From an uncultured Veillonellaceae bacterium (GTDB taxonomy: Bacteria; Bacillota; Negativicutes; JARBTT01): a stretch of 64,000 bases of DNA. The notes under the pieces are model-generated. The model was not told the DNA's origin and searched no databases. It was given only the letters and a program-made list of their open reading frames with translations. The translations under genes were made by a program, and so were the position numbers. The stretch covers positions 192,001-256,000 of the forward strand of contig CAWDTA010000004.1 of NCBI GenBank assembly GCA_963805085.1, given 5' to 3'. This document shows, piece by piece, positions 10,175-21,244 of the stretch (positions are counted from its first letter, which is position 1; each line of letters opens with the position of its first letter).

Positions 10175-11299
10175 ATGATTAATAAAAAACGTTTACTAGA
10201 TGAATTTCTAAACTTATTGAAAATCACTTGCTCCACGCGTAACGAGCGTGAGGTAGCAGATTTACTTAAATCTAAATTAACTGATCTGGGTTTAACGGTA
10301 ACCGAAGATGATACTGGCAGAAAAATCGATGGTAATACTGGCAATATCATAGGTTATTTAAAAGGTACTAAAGAAAATGCACCAAATTTATTTTTTAGTG
10401 CTCATATGGATTGTGTGGAACCTTGTGGAAACGTAAAACCGCAGATCAAAGACGGTGTCATCACTTCAGATGGAACTACGATTCTCGGCTCTGATGATAA
10501 AGCTGGAATCGCACCAATTTTAGAAGCACTGCACATTTTAAGAGAAGAAAATATCGAACATGGAGATATTCAAATCATTTTTACTGTTGCAGAAGAGGAC
10601 GGATTACTCGGTTCAAAAAATATTGACCCCAAAATCATTCAGGCTGATTTTGGTTATTGCTTAGATTCTAGTGGGCGTCCTGGTAAAATCATTATACAAG
10701 CGCCTGGTCAAGATGATATTCACGTGAAAGTTCATGGAAAATCAGCCCATGCAGGAATAGCACCAGAGGAGGGCATCAATGCCATTGTTGTTGCAGCCAA
10801 AGCAATTGCCAATATGAAGCAAGGTCGCTTAGACCACGAAACAACTGCAAATGTTGGTATTATTCAGGGCGGGAACGCAACAAATATCGTTCCTCCCTTG
10901 GCAAAAATAACTTGCGAGGCACGTAGCTGTGATGAAAAAAAATTAACAGCACAAACAAATTACATGGTAAATCTTTTTGAAACGATTGCTGAAGAAAATG
11001 GTGCTACGGTAGAAATCAAAGTAGAACACTGCTATCGACCTTATAGATTAAAACAAGATACGCTCGTTATTAAAACAGCGATTGCAGCGATGGAAAATGT
11101 AGGTTTAAAACCAAACTTAACGCCAACCGGAGGTGGTAGCGATGGAAATTTCTATAATGCTTATCATATTCCTTGCGCTGTACTTGGTGTCGGTATGACC
11201 AAAGTACATACAAAGGAAGAATCCATCTTTGAAGAAGACCTCTATCAGACAGCACAAATCATCCTTGAACTTATAAACTGCAGTATGACTGCAAAATAG
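10175..11299 (+). CDS. M20 family peptidase T-like metallohydrolase (YqjE-like)
   Basis: SAHMD, GSDDKAG, AEEDG, HAGIAPEEG, GGGSD and VHT metal-ligand motifs. Confidence 0.85.
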   Translation: MINKKRLLDEFLNLLKITCSTRNEREVADLLKSKLTDLGLTVTEDDTGRKIDGNTGNIIGYLKGTKENAPNLFFSAHMDCVEPCGNVKPQIKDGVITSDGTTILGSDDKAGIAPILEALHILREENIEHGDIQIIFTVAEEDGLLGSKNIDPKIIQADFGYCLDSSGRPGKIIIQAPGQDDIHVKVHGKSAHAGIAPEEGINAIVVAAKAIANMKQGRLDHETTANVGIIQGGNATNIVPPLAKITCEARSCDEKKLTAQTNYMVNLFETIAEENGATVEIKVEHCYRPYRLKQDTLVIKTAIAAMENVGLKPNLTPTGGGSDGNFYNAYHIPCAVLGVGMTKVHTKEESIFEEDLYQTAQIILELINCSMTAK

Positions 11300-11331
11300 A
11301 GTTACTCTACAAAGAATTTGCTTTGTAAAAT

Positions 11332-11375
11332 AAAAATAGAGTTGCTACGAACGATCTGTAGCAACTCTATTTTTT
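11332..11375. terminator. Bidirectional terminator
   Basis: AAAAATAGAGTTGCTAC..GTAGCAACTCTATTTTT between convergent genes. Confidence 0.8.
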
Positions 11376-12057
11376 ATCCCATCAACCGATACCCTACCCC
11401 TGATTCCGTAATGATATATTGTGGTTGGGTTGGATTTTTTTCTAATTTTCTTCTGATCTGACCAATATATACGCGAATATAATGCGTATCTTCATTGTAT
11501 TGATTGCCCCATACCGCTTTTAATAACTGTTTATGCGTTAACACCCTGCCTGCATTTTGCGCCATTACTTTGACAATATCATATTCTGTAGGTGTTAATT
11601 TAATTTCTTTATCTTCAACTGTAACTTTTCTTTTTACAATATCGACTGTCAATTTGCCACATTGAATAACGGCATCTTCTTCTTTTGCCACAGTCCTTCT
11701 CAAGCATACGCGCATTCTCGCTAATAACTCACCTGTACTGAATGGTTTTGTCACATAATCATCTGCCCCCAGATCCAGTGCATTAATCTTTTCTTGTTCT
11801 TGATCTCGAGCGGTTAATACAATAATTGGCGCGCTCGACCATTCGCGAATTTCTTTTACCACTAACTTACCATCCATATCTGGCAAACCTAAATCAACAA
11901 TCAATAAATCAGGTTTAAACATCGTTGCCCTGACAATTCCTTCGCTGCCTGATCCAACCTCTTCAACTTCGTAACCATGAGCATTCAATGCAACCCGAAG
12001 CAATCTACGGATTTGGGCTTCATCATCAACAACTAAGACTCTCATTCCATTCACCAT
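11374..12057 (-). CDS. kdpE: KDP operon response regulator
   Basis: OmpR-type REC plus wHTH (DLGLPDMDG, LTHKQLL.AVWG, ITESGVGYRL); follows kdpD. Confidence 0.92.
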   Translation of the reverse strand: MVNGMRVLVVDDEAQIRRLLRVALNAHGYEVEEVGSGSEGIVRATMFKPDLLIVDLGLPDMDGKLVVKEIREWSSAPIIVLTARDQEQEKINALDLGADDYVTKPFSTGELLARMRVCLRRTVAKEEDAVIQCGKLTVDIVKRKVTVEDKEIKLTPTEYDIVKVMAQNAGRVLTHKQLLKAVWGNQYNEDTHYIRVYIGQIRRKLEKNPTQPQYIITESGVGYRLMG

Positions 12058-12078
12058 ATTTTCCACCTACTAAAACTT

Positions 12079-14787
12079 TTATTCATATCGTTTTATTGGC
12101 AATGTAAAACAAATTACTGCTCCACCAGCACTCCGATTCATCGCATAGATTTTCCCTTTATGTGCCTCAATAATTCCTCTGCATATTGATAAGCCAAGTC
12201 CTGTTCCGGTAACTTTTTTGGGTTGCTCTACACGATAGAATTTATTGAAAATTTTTTCTAAATCTTCGGTAGGTATTCCGCTACCATGATCCATAATCGA
12301 TATTTCTATTTCATTATTCAGTTTTTTTGCACGAATCGTAATTTCCGCCTGATGTTCCGAGTACTTTATTGCATTATCAATCAGATTAACAAAAACTTGC
12401 TCAATTAAAACGCAGTCGGCCTTAATCAAAGGTAAATCTTGTTCAATATGTATCGTAAGCTGATTATTCTTAATAAGATCGCCCATCCGCCTCAATGTCG
12501 CACCAATGATATCTTCAATATCACACCAATCCGACTTAATCTCCATCATACCACTTTCCAGGCGAGCTGTATCTAACAAATTGCCAATCAATCGTTCCAT
12601 GCGAAGTGAGCTATCTTTTATATTATTGAGCAGTTCGGTCCTATCTTGTTTATTATATAAATGCTCTGCTTCTAATAAGGTAGAGACAGAACCCATAATC
12701 GCCGATAAAGGCGTTTTTAATTCATGAGAAATAGAGTTAAATAATGCCGTCCGTAATTTATCCGCTTCAATTAGCATATCCGTATGTCGTGCTTGTTCTG
12801 CCAAACTCACTCTTTCCATTGCCACGGCTGCAAGTCTGACCCAAGCATCAATCAAACGTCTCTCCGTCGGTGTTAATTTTTGCTGTGCTAAGTATACACC
12901 AAATACCCCAAACACCTGTTTCTGGCTATAAATTGGTACATATAAATAATTCCCGCCCGGTAAAGTATCCGTAGATCGGCCTGCAGGCTGTTTATTTTTA
13001 TAAACCCATGCAACCACTGCTGCCTCAGCATCACTGAGTGTCGTTACCACCGTTTTGTCATTTGATTTATTTAATTCTGGGTCAAAGTTAGTTTCATTTT
13101 CTATTTTTCCCTCTTCATTGGTAAGCAAAACAATAATCTTTCGTTCAATTGTTTCACCGGCTTGTCTAGCTAAACTTCGCGCTATTGCTTCTGTATCGAC
13201 GACAGCGGCAATATCACGACTAAACTCATAAACTGCTCTAGTACTTTTTTCTTGTTGCCTAGCTTGTTTGGTTTCCTTTTTTAAATCATTTGTCCGCCCG
13301 CCTATTAAAGCTGACAGCAGTAAAAAAATAACAAAACTCCATGCATACCGTATGTCCCCAATAGAAAAAGTCATGATTGGTTCGATGAAATAAAAATCTA
13401 ATGCCAAAATACCAGTGATTGCACTAAGATAAGATGGCCACTTGCCCCACCAAATTGCACTAAGTAATACAGGGAGAATATATAAAAATGCAATATTAAT
13501 CACTTCTAATTGTGTTTTGAACAACCAACCAACTATAGTAATCGTTGCAACCATAAGTAAACTTAGCCCAAAATGACTTGGACTATCCGTAGATTGGCTA
13601 CTTTTGGTTTTTACTACAGGTTCAGATTCCTTTTCCTTTGTCCCGCGAATCACATATACATTGATATTCCCACTGCGCCTGATGACATTATCCACTACAG
13701 ACCCACGGAAAAAATCCGAAAATTTACTATGATTTGGTTTACCGACAACAATCGCAGTAATATTTTGTTTACTCGCAATGTCTATCATTTCATCCACTAG
13801 ATTTTGTCCAACAATCGTTAATGTTTTCGCACCCAGCTCTTCTGCCAAACGCATGTTTTTTGCAATGCGATCGCGCTCTTTTTCTCCAATAGGAAAATGC
13901 ATTTTTTCCGCTTCAATATGTACAGCCAAAAGTTCCGAACGCAAGCCGGTTGCCAACCTGCTCGCCGCTCGAATTAACTGCGCTGAAAAAGGACTGCCAC
14001 TTACACATACCATAACTCTTCCAGAGGCGGGCCATGGACCTTCTATATAATGTTCACGCATATATTCTTCTAAATCTTTATCGACACGTTGTGCCGTAAA
14101 CCTAAGAGAAAGTTCCCTAAGCGCACTAATATTGCCCTGTCTAAAAAATTTTTTTGCCGCTCTTTCTGCTTGCGCTGGTATATAAATCTTACCATCGCGC
14201 AAGCGCTGCATTAAATTTTCCGGGGCAATATCAATTAATTGTACCGTATCAGCTTCTTCAATTACATAATCAGGCACTGTCTCTCTTACAATAACACCTG
14301 TAATTTGCGCAACAATATCATTTAGACTTTCAATATGTTGTACATTTAACGTCGTATATACATGTATCCCTGCTTCTAACAGTTCTTCTACATCTTGATA
14401 TCGCCTCACATGGCGAGAACCTGGCACATTCGTATGGGCGAGTTCATCCACTAAAACAATTTCTGGCTTTAACTTTAAGATTGCATCAGTGTCCATTTCT
14501 GCAAGCTCTTTATCACGATAATGAAGGATTGCAGGGGCTACTCTTGATAACCCCTCAACCATTTTTTCCGTTTCGCCCCGTCCATGTGTTTCAACCCAGC
14601 CAATAACAATATTTTTTTCTTCACCGATTTGCTCATGGGCCGTTTTAAGCATCGTAAAAGTTTTACCAACACCAGCAATTGCCCCTAAAAATACCGTTAG
14701 TTTACCACGGTTTTCTTTTTGAATTTTTTTTAACAATGCTTCTGGACTTGGGCGATTCGTCATTTGTTTCTCAGTGAACATAGACAT
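12079..14787 (-). CDS. kdpD: K+-sensing histidine kinase
   Basis: GVGKT KdpD domain, DELAHTN, USP, 4 TM, GAF, SISHELKTPL, HATPase. Confidence 0.95.
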   Translation of the reverse strand: MSMFTEKQMTNRPSPEALLKKIQKENRGKLTVFLGAIAGVGKTFTMLKTAHEQIGEEKNIVIGWVETHGRGETEKMVEGLSRVAPAILHYRDKELAEMDTDAILKLKPEIVLVDELAHTNVPGSRHVRRYQDVEELLEAGIHVYTTLNVQHIESLNDIVAQITGVIVRETVPDYVIEEADTVQLIDIAPENLMQRLRDGKIYIPAQAERAAKKFFRQGNISALRELSLRFTAQRVDKDLEEYMREHYIEGPWPASGRVMVCVSGSPFSAQLIRAASRLATGLRSELLAVHIEAEKMHFPIGEKERDRIAKNMRLAEELGAKTLTIVGQNLVDEMIDIASKQNITAIVVGKPNHSKFSDFFRGSVVDNVIRRSGNINVYVIRGTKEKESEPVVKTKSSQSTDSPSHFGLSLLMVATITIVGWLFKTQLEVINIAFLYILPVLLSAIWWGKWPSYLSAITGILALDFYFIEPIMTFSIGDIRYAWSFVIFLLLSALIGGRTNDLKKETKQARQQEKSTRAVYEFSRDIAAVVDTEAIARSLARQAGETIERKIIVLLTNEEGKIENETNFDPELNKSNDKTVVTTLSDAEAAVVAWVYKNKQPAGRSTDTLPGGNYLYVPIYSQKQVFGVFGVYLAQQKLTPTERRLIDAWVRLAAVAMERVSLAEQARHTDMLIEADKLRTALFNSISHELKTPLSAIMGSVSTLLEAEHLYNKQDRTELLNNIKDSSLRMERLIGNLLDTARLESGMMEIKSDWCDIEDIIGATLRRMGDLIKNNQLTIHIEQDLPLIKADCVLIEQVFVNLIDNAIKYSEHQAEITIRAKKLNNEIEISIMDHGSGIPTEDLEKIFNKFYRVEQPKKVTGTGLGLSICRGIIEAHKGKIYAMNRSAGGAVICFTLPIKRYE

Positions 14788-14798
14788 ACCCCTAACTT

Positions 14799-15377
14799 TT
14801 ATTTTGTTACTTCATCTAAAGCTAAGTTTAAGCTTACTACATTGACTCTTTTTTCACCTAAAAATCCGATTTGTGGATTTTCGGTATTCTTTTCAATTAA
14901 TGCGAGTGTTTGCTCTTCGGTAAGATTTCTTGCTTTTGCTACTCTTTGTACTTGTATTTGCGCAGCAGCAGCAGTTATATGAGGATCAAGACCACTACCA
15001 GAAGCCGTAACCAAATCACTAGGAACAATTGCATTTTCAGCTAAACCATTTTCAAGCCGTATTTGTTCGGCTCGCTCAGCAATGCTGGACAATAGCTTTT
15101 TACTCGTTGGACCTAAATTTGATCCAGCGGAGCCTGCCGCATCATAGCCATCATCACCAGCAACCGATGGCCGACCATGAAAATAACCATCACTAGAAAA
15201 ATTTTGTCCAATTAATTTTGACCCCACTAAATTTCCTTGCTTATAAATAAGCGAACCATTTGCTTGTTCAGGAAATATAACTTGCGCAACCCCTGTCATC
15301 CCCAAAGGATAGATCACGCCTAATACCACTGTCATTAGTATTAACATTCTAATCGCACTATTAACTTCTTTCAACAT
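14799..15377 (-). CDS. kdpC: K+-transporting ATPase subunit C
   Basis: QANGSL, YFHGRPS, SNLGPT, SGSGLDPHI, VNVVSLNLALD. Confidence 0.95.
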   Translation of the reverse strand: MLKEVNSAIRMLILMTVVLGVIYPLGMTGVAQVIFPEQANGSLIYKQGNLVGSKLIGQNFSSDGYFHGRPSVAGDDGYDAAGSAGSNLGPTSKKLLSSIAERAEQIRLENGLAENAIVPSDLVTASGSGLDPHITAAAAQIQVQRVAKARNLTEEQTLALIEKNTENPQIGFLGEKRVNVVSLNLALDEVTK

Positions 15378-15398
15378 TTATCTTCAACCTCCTTTTCA

Positions 15399-17432
15399 TC
15401 AGCCAACAATATTTAACGCTACTAAAATCATATCAATGATTTTAATGCCAATAAACGGTACAACTAATCCACCCAAGCCATAAATAAATAGATTTTGTCT
15501 TAGAATCGTTGCCGCACCAACAGGTTTATATTTAACACCTTTTAATGCCAAAGGGATTAAACCAATAATAATCAAAGCATTAAAAATCACTGCACTTAAA
15601 ATCGCACTGTCTGGTGTAGCCAGTTGCATAATATTAAATACGCCAAGTGCTGGATAAGTACTTACAAACATCGCTGGGATAATCGCAAAATATTTTGCTA
15701 CATCATTTGCAATACTAAATGTCGTCAGCGAACCACGTGTCATTAAAAGTTGTTTTCCTATTTCCACAATCTCAATTAATTTCGTTGGATTCGAGTCTAA
15801 GTCAACCATATTCCCAGCTTCTTTAGCGGCTTGTGTCCCGCTATTCATCGCTACCCCAACATCAGCTTGTGCTAATGCTGGTGCATCATTGGTACCATCG
15901 CCTGTCATCGCTACTAACATACCACGTTCTTGATAGTCACGAATCATTTTTAGTTTCGCTTCTGGCGTTGCTTCCGCAAGAAAATCATCCACCCCTGCTT
16001 CAGCCGCAATAGCAGCCGCTGTAAGTGGGTTATCACCAGTAATCATCACTGTTTTTATGCCCATTTGTCTTAATTCACGAAAACGTTCTTTAATCCCGCC
16101 TTTGACAATATCTTTTAAATGAATCGTACCAAGTACTTTTTCTCCCTTAGCTACCACAAGCGGTGTTCCACCACTTTTAGCAATGCGTTCACTGGCTTGC
16201 CGTACATCGGCTGGTAAAGTTCCACCTTTTTCTTTCGTATATCTTTCAATGGCATCCACTGAACCTTTACGGATTTGTAAATTTTCCATATTTACACCGC
16301 TCATGCGCGTTTGTGCAGTAAAAGGTACAAATTCAGCATGTAGTGCATTCAAATCACGTTCTCTTAATCCATACCGTTCTTTCGCTAATACAACAACACT
16401 CCGCCCTTCCGGGGTTTCATCCGCAAGTGAAGATAATTGGGCTATATCTGCCATTTCTTCTTCACTCACACCAACTGCCGGAATAAATTCGGTAGCCATT
16501 CTATTCCCTAATGTAATCGTACCAGTCTTATCTAATAAGAGTACATTGACATCACCAGCAGCTTCCACTGCTCTACCAGACATCGCTAGTACATTACGTT
16601 TAAGTAGTCGATCCATACCGGCGATACCAATCGAACTTAGCAAGCCACCAATCGTTGTGGGAATTAAACAAACAAGCAGTGCCATTAACATAGTAACCGA
16701 AATGGTCGTTCCCGAATAAATCGCAAACGGCTCAATCGTCACAACTGCCACTAAAAATATAATCGATAAGCTAACCAGTAAAATGGTCAATGCAATTTCA
16801 TTTGGGGTTTTTTGTCGTTTTGCCCCTTCGACTAAACTAATCATACGATCCAAAAAAGTTTCACCAGGGTTTGCCGTAACCTTGACTTTAATCCAGTCTG
16901 ATAATACTCTTGTACCACCAGTTACAGAGGATTTGTCTCCACCTGATTCACGAATGACCGGTGCTGATTCTCCCGTCACTGCACTTTCATCAACCGTTGC
17001 CATTCCTTCAATAATTTCACCATCACTCGGAATTAAGCTTCCGGCTTCAACCAATAATACATCACCTTTTCTTAGCGTATCACCATCTACCAGTTGCCAA
17101 GCTTCATTCACTAGTTTTTTTGCTTGTGTATGACTGCGTGTTGTTCTAAGGGATTGTGCCTGCGCTTTGCCACGCCCTTCAGCGATTGCTTCGGCAAAAT
17201 TAGCAAACAAAACCGTAAACCATAACCATAAACTGATTTGGCTCACAAGAAAAATCGACTGTGTACTACTGATTACTTCATGAATCGCTATATACGTCGT
17301 CAATATTGCTCCGATATAAACAATAAACATGACAGGACTTTTTATTTGAACGGCGGGATGGAGTTTTTTAAACGAATCGCCAATTGCCGCGGTTATTATT
17401 TTTGTATCAAGACTATTTTTTTGCGCATTCAT
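15399..17432 (-). CDS. kdpB: K+-transporting P-type ATPase subunit B
   Basis: [21 protein letters not shown]. Confidence 0.97.
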   Translation of the reverse strand: MNAQKNSLDTKIITAAIGDSFKKLHPAVQIKSPVMFIVYIGAILTTYIAIHEVISSTQSIFLVSQISLWLWFTVLFANFAEAIAEGRGKAQAQSLRTTRSHTQAKKLVNEAWQLVDGDTLRKGDVLLVEAGSLIPSDGEIIEGMATVDESAVTGESAPVIRESGGDKSSVTGGTRVLSDWIKVKVTANPGETFLDRMISLVEGAKRQKTPNEIALTILLVSLSIIFLVAVVTIEPFAIYSGTTISVTMLMALLVCLIPTTIGGLLSSIGIAGMDRLLKRNVLAMSGRAVEAAGDVNVLLLDKTGTITLGNRMATEFIPAVGVSEEEMADIAQLSSLADETPEGRSVVVLAKERYGLRERDLNALHAEFVPFTAQTRMSGVNMENLQIRKGSVDAIERYTKEKGGTLPADVRQASERIAKSGGTPLVVAKGEKVLGTIHLKDIVKGGIKERFRELRQMGIKTVMITGDNPLTAAAIAAEAGVDDFLAEATPEAKLKMIRDYQERGMLVAMTGDGTNDAPALAQADVGVAMNSGTQAAKEAGNMVDLDSNPTKLIEIVEIGKQLLMTRGSLTTFSIANDVAKYFAIIPAMFVSTYPALGVFNIMQLATPDSAILSAVIFNALIIIGLIPLALKGVKYKPVGAATILRQNLFIYGLGGLVVPFIGIKIIDMILVALNIVG

Positions 17433-17447
17433 ATGCTGTACGCTCCT

Positions 17448-19154
17448 TTAAAATGTAATTCCTTGTAACATTAATACGTGTTCTACGATCGGCCCTAACG
17501 ATAATGCTGGTAAAAATGTCAATGCACCAACAATTAATATGATGCCAATGAGCAATACCACAAACGTTATACTCGTTGTTTCAAATGTACCTAAACTGAT
17601 CGGTGCTGTTTTCTTTTCGGCCATACTGCCAGCCACTGCCAACATCGGAATAATAACACCAAATCGTCCGAGTAACATCGAAGCTCCCAGCATCAAATCA
17701 TAAAATACTGTATTTGCAGTTAACCCTGCAAAAGCACTGCCATTATTCGCAGCTGCCGAAGTAAAGGCATATAAAATTTCACTAAGACCATGTGGACCGT
17801 CATTATTTAATCCAGCTAAACCAGCGTCAACTACTGAAGCGATTGCACTAAATAATAAAATCGTTACTGAGGGAATAAGTAAGGCAATCATTACCCATTT
17901 CATTTCTCTTGCTTCAATTTTTTTCCCCAGATATTCTGGCGTTCTGCCCACCATCAAGCCAACAATAAATACTGTTACCATGACGTATACCATCATGCCA
18001 TAAAAACCAGCGCCAACACCTCCAAAAACAATTTCACCGAGCATCATTTGTAGTAGTGGTACTAAGCCACCAAGTGGCGTTAAACTATCATGCATATTAT
18101 TTACTGCACCACAAGAAGCTGCCGTAGTAACCGTCGTAAATAAGGAAGAACCACCTAAGCCAAAGCGAACCTCTTTTCCTTCCATCGAAGTCGGTTCACT
18201 TATATTCATTTGAGCAATCATTGGATTGCCATTTAGCTCACTATAATAATTGGTACCAAGCATCATCACAAATAAAATAATCATTGCCCCTGCGATCGCA
18301 AAACCTTGCTTTTTATTTTCTGTCATGATACCAAACATAAAGACTAAACCTAATGGAATCACAAAGATTGCTAGCATTTGTACAAAATTAGTGAAAGGGG
18401 TAGGATTTTCAAATGGATGAGCAGAATTCGCATTAAAGAATCCACCACCATTGGTCCCTAACATTTTTATTGCTTCTTGAGAAGCTACTGGCCCCATCGC
18501 AATTGTTTGCTCTGCGCCTTCAACTGTTTGTACCGTCTGATACGCATCTAAATTTTGAATAACGCCTTGCTGTACAAATACAACAGTAAGTAAAATAGAA
18601 ATTGGCAATAGTATCCGCACCGTACAACGCACTAAATCACGCCAAAAGTTTCCGATAAGATTTGTTGTTTTCCGCGTTAAACCTCTGATAAAAGCAACCG
18701 CCACAGCACAACCTGTTGCTGCCGATAAAAAATTTTGGACAGTAAGTCCGACCATTTGGGTAAAATAACTTAAACTTGACTCACCGCTGTACGCTTGCCA
18801 ATTGGTATTGGTCATAAAACTTATGGCAGTATTTAATGCCAAATGCCACGTTTCTACAGCTGCAAAATTCTGCGGATTGAATGGTAAGAGCTGTTGCGTA
18901 AGCTGAACAATAAACACTAGCACTGTTCCCAACACATTAAACAAAATAAGAGCTACCGCATACTGCCGCCAATTCATCTCTTTGTTTTCATTAACACCAG
19001 CAAAACGATAAATTAACTTTTCTATTGGTAAAAATAATTTCCCTAGTTTTGGGTTTTCTCCATAAAATACTTTCGCCATGTAGTTCCCTAATGGGAAAGC
19101 CATCGCGATAAGCACTGCTATAAAAGTGACAAACAAAAAAATATCTGTAAACAT
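17448..19154 (-). CDS. kdpA: K+-transporting ATPase subunit A
   Basis: TNTNWQAYSGE, GTNGGGFF, EGKEVRFG, NNGSAFAG. Confidence 0.97.
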   Translation of the reverse strand: MFTDIFLFVTFIAVLIAMAFPLGNYMAKVFYGENPKLGKLFLPIEKLIYRFAGVNENKEMNWRQYAVALILFNVLGTVLVFIVQLTQQLLPFNPQNFAAVETWHLALNTAISFMTNTNWQAYSGESSLSYFTQMVGLTVQNFLSAATGCAVAVAFIRGLTRKTTNLIGNFWRDLVRCTVRILLPISILLTVVFVQQGVIQNLDAYQTVQTVEGAEQTIAMGPVASQEAIKMLGTNGGGFFNANSAHPFENPTPFTNFVQMLAIFVIPLGLVFMFGIMTENKKQGFAIAGAMIILFVMMLGTNYYSELNGNPMIAQMNISEPTSMEGKEVRFGLGGSSLFTTVTTAASCGAVNNMHDSLTPLGGLVPLLQMMLGEIVFGGVGAGFYGMMVYVMVTVFIVGLMVGRTPEYLGKKIEAREMKWVMIALLIPSVTILLFSAIASVVDAGLAGLNNDGPHGLSEILYAFTSAAANNGSAFAGLTANTVFYDLMLGASMLLGRFGVIIPMLAVAGSMAEKKTAPISLGTFETTSITFVVLLIGIILIVGALTFLPALSLGPIVEHVLMLQGITF

Positions 19155-19155
19155 G

Positions 19156-19242
19156 CTAAAATTCCTCCGGTTTCATTAAAACATAAACTAAATAAACGAA
19201 TATTCCTCCAGCCAAAATAGCGGCTAACCATAAATCATTCAC
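19156..19242 (-). CDS. kdpF: KdpF small subunit (28 aa; not in the ORF track)
   Basis: GTG start after AGGAGG; MNDLWLAAILAGGIFVYLVYVLMKPEEF has the YL.Y.L..PE.F signature; it stops 1 nt before the kdpA ATG. Confidence 0.9.
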   Translation of the reverse strand: MNDLWLAAILAGGIFVYLVYVLMKPEEF

Positions 19243-19323
19243 ACCAATTATCCTCCTCTCCACTTCGTGTCTACATTATAGATCCATTTACAGTAAAGAT
19301 GGCGTCAGTAATCAATCTATCGA

Positions 19324-19341
19324 TGTAAAGAAATTGTAAAG
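19324..19341 (-). promoter_or_regulatory. Putative KdpE binding site
   Basis: Minus-strand CTTTACA-N4-CTTTACA direct repeat (11-bp period) upstream of kdpF, similar to the E. coli KdpE box. Confidence 0.6.
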
Positions 19342-19415
19342 ATTTCTCACTCTATAGCTATTTTATTATTATTGACAAAACTTATTTAAAATAGTAAAAT
19401 AATTAGCATCGTTAA

Positions 19416-19430
19416 TTAACTAGTTAACTA
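19416..19430. promoter_or_regulatory. Putative MarR operator
   Basis: Overlapping palindromes TTAACTAGTTAA and TAGTTAACTA just upstream of the marR-like gene. Confidence 0.4.
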
Positions 19431-19467
19431 ATTATATAGTTTATTGTAAGGAGGAATTACAATTTTA

Positions 19468-19911
19468 ATGGATTCTGATCGTTTAGTTCATGTGTTACAT
19501 CAATCGGTCCGTAGTATTGGCAGCGGCTTAAATTTTATATTAGAACCGCACGGTATCTATAGCTCCGAATGGTCTATCATCACGACTTTATATCACAAAA
19601 AAAATATTTCACAAAAAGAATTAGCCCACTACCTAAGTATCGAACCTGCTGCTATTTCAAAAACAGTAGTTAAATTGGAGAAAAAGGGCTACATAGACCG
19701 TAAAGAAGGCCTAGATAAACGCGAAAAAATAGTTTTTCTCACTCTATTGGCTTTAGAGAAATATCCTACTTGGCAAAACCTTGTTGCCAAGCATCGCCAA
19801 GCACTACTGGCCAATACTACCCCTATAGAACAACAAACTTTGTATGATCTATTAACGAAAATTTATAAAAATGCCGAAAATTTCACACAGGTATTCAAAG
19901 GAGATGCATAA
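19468..19911 (+). CDS. MarR family regulator
   Basis: ISQKELA..LSIEPAAISKTVVKLEKKGYI.R...DKR wHTH. Confidence 0.88.
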   Translation: MDSDRLVHVLHQSVRSIGSGLNFILEPHGIYSSEWSIITTLYHKKNISQKELAHYLSIEPAAISKTVVKLEKKGYIDRKEGLDKREKIVFLTLLALEKYPTWQNLVAKHRQALLANTTPIEQQTLYDLLTKIYKNAENFTQVFKGDA

Positions 19912-21171
19912 ATGCAACCACTGATCAAAGAGGCACTTTGGACTAAAAATTACAATATCACTATACTCGCTATGCTATTAATTTTTGTCCCATATTCTTT
20001 ATATTTACCAATTTTACCGCTTTATATCGTTGAAGATTTACAAGGATCTATGCAAATAGCAGGTTTATCTAACGCCATCTTCTTGCTGGCTTCTGTATTA
20101 TTCCGTACCCAGACAGCCCGTCTTGAAAATGTGTTTGGTACAAAAATGACGATTAAAGCCAGCTGCTTTATGTTCTTAATTGCCAACGGCTTACTGATGT
20201 TTACCACAAATCTTTATGCTATTTTAGGTATTCGCTTTTTTGGTGGTATCTGCTTTGCCACCATCAATACATCCATTATGGCCCTCGGGTGTCAATTCGC
20301 TCCAGACTCGCGGAAAGGTGAAGGGATCTCTTATTTAACCACCGTTATTACCGCTGGATCTGCCATTGGTCCTTTTATCGGTCTTTATATTGCTCATGAG
20401 TTGAATTATAATGCAGTTTTTATTTTTTGCACTGTACTTACTTTTCTAGGCTTTATTTTATTACCATTTATTGATATGAACAGTGAAAAAAACGCTGAAA
20501 AATCATCACTTTACTCTTTTACCTTGCAAGATATTCTTGAAATGCCAGTCATACCAATTTGCATTGTTACCTTACTAACATCGATTGCTTATTCTGGCGT
20601 TCTTTCTTTTGTGGCTGTTTATGCAACTCAATTACACATTATCAATGCTAGTAGCTATTACTTTGTTGTAATGGCAATGTTCTCACTATTAATTCGCTTG
20701 GTTAGTGGTAAAATATTAGATCGCTTTGGTGCAAATATTGTACTTTATCCTTGCTTCCTGTTCCTTGCCATAGGACTATTAATTCTTTCCTATACGAGTG
20801 GTTTCTTTAGCATGATGGTATCTGCCGCTTTTATCGGTATTGGTTATGGCGTAATCGTGCCAACGATACAAACACTGGCAATCAAAGCTTCTTCACCAAA
20901 ACGTGTTAGCATTGTCACTGCAACCTATTTTACTTGCTTAGATTTGGGCCTTGCAATCGGCGCTTATCTCCTTGGTGCCATGGCGCCACTTTTGGGCTAT
21001 AGTATGATATATCTTATTTTAGTACCATTCACGCTTTGTATTCTTGTGTTATACTATTTTATCTACGGTCGCAATGCCAATGCTGTACATAAAACAAATT
21101 TATATCCAACAGCACAACCTCTAAAGCTCACCGACCTTAGTAATGAAACTCAAAAATCAGGCAACCTATAA
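19912..21171 (+). CDS. MFS transporter
   Basis: About 12 TM segments; GKILDRFG; paralogous to the partial MFS at the window end. Confidence 0.85.
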   Translation: MQPLIKEALWTKNYNITILAMLLIFVPYSLYLPILPLYIVEDLQGSMQIAGLSNAIFLLASVLFRTQTARLENVFGTKMTIKASCFMFLIANGLLMFTTNLYAILGIRFFGGICFATINTSIMALGCQFAPDSRKGEGISYLTTVITAGSAIGPFIGLYIAHELNYNAVFIFCTVLTFLGFILLPFIDMNSEKNAEKSSLYSFTLQDILEMPVIPICIVTLLTSIAYSGVLSFVAVYATQLHIINASSYYFVVMAMFSLLIRLVSGKILDRFGANIVLYPCFLFLAIGLLILSYTSGFFSMMVSAAFIGIGYGVIVPTIQTLAIKASSPKRVSIVTATYFTCLDLGLAIGAYLLGAMAPLLGYSMIYLILVPFTLCILVLYYFIYGRNANAVHKTNLYPTAQPLKLTDLSNETQKSGNL

Positions 21172-21178
21172 CGAATTC

Positions 21179-21221
21179 AAAAGGGAGCAACTGCACATGA
21201 GCATGCAGTTGCTCCCTTTTT
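21179..21221. terminator. Bidirectional terminator
   Basis: AAAAGGGAGCAACTGCA..TGCAGTTGCTCCCTTTTT. Confidence 0.85.
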
Positions 21222-21244
21222 GTATAAAAAAACTTATTGGCTCC

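Noticed and set aside
16183-17133. Long antisense ORFs within kdpB (and similar ones inside aspA, MFS, DAACS, RND, DASS, lrgB and malic enzyme)
   Set aside because: Shadow ORFs opposite well-conserved genes, explained by codon bias.
19243-19400. c-di-AMP (ydaO) riboswitch upstream of kdp
   Set aside because: No aptamer consensus is visible and the leader is too short; a KdpE-type direct repeat is present instead.
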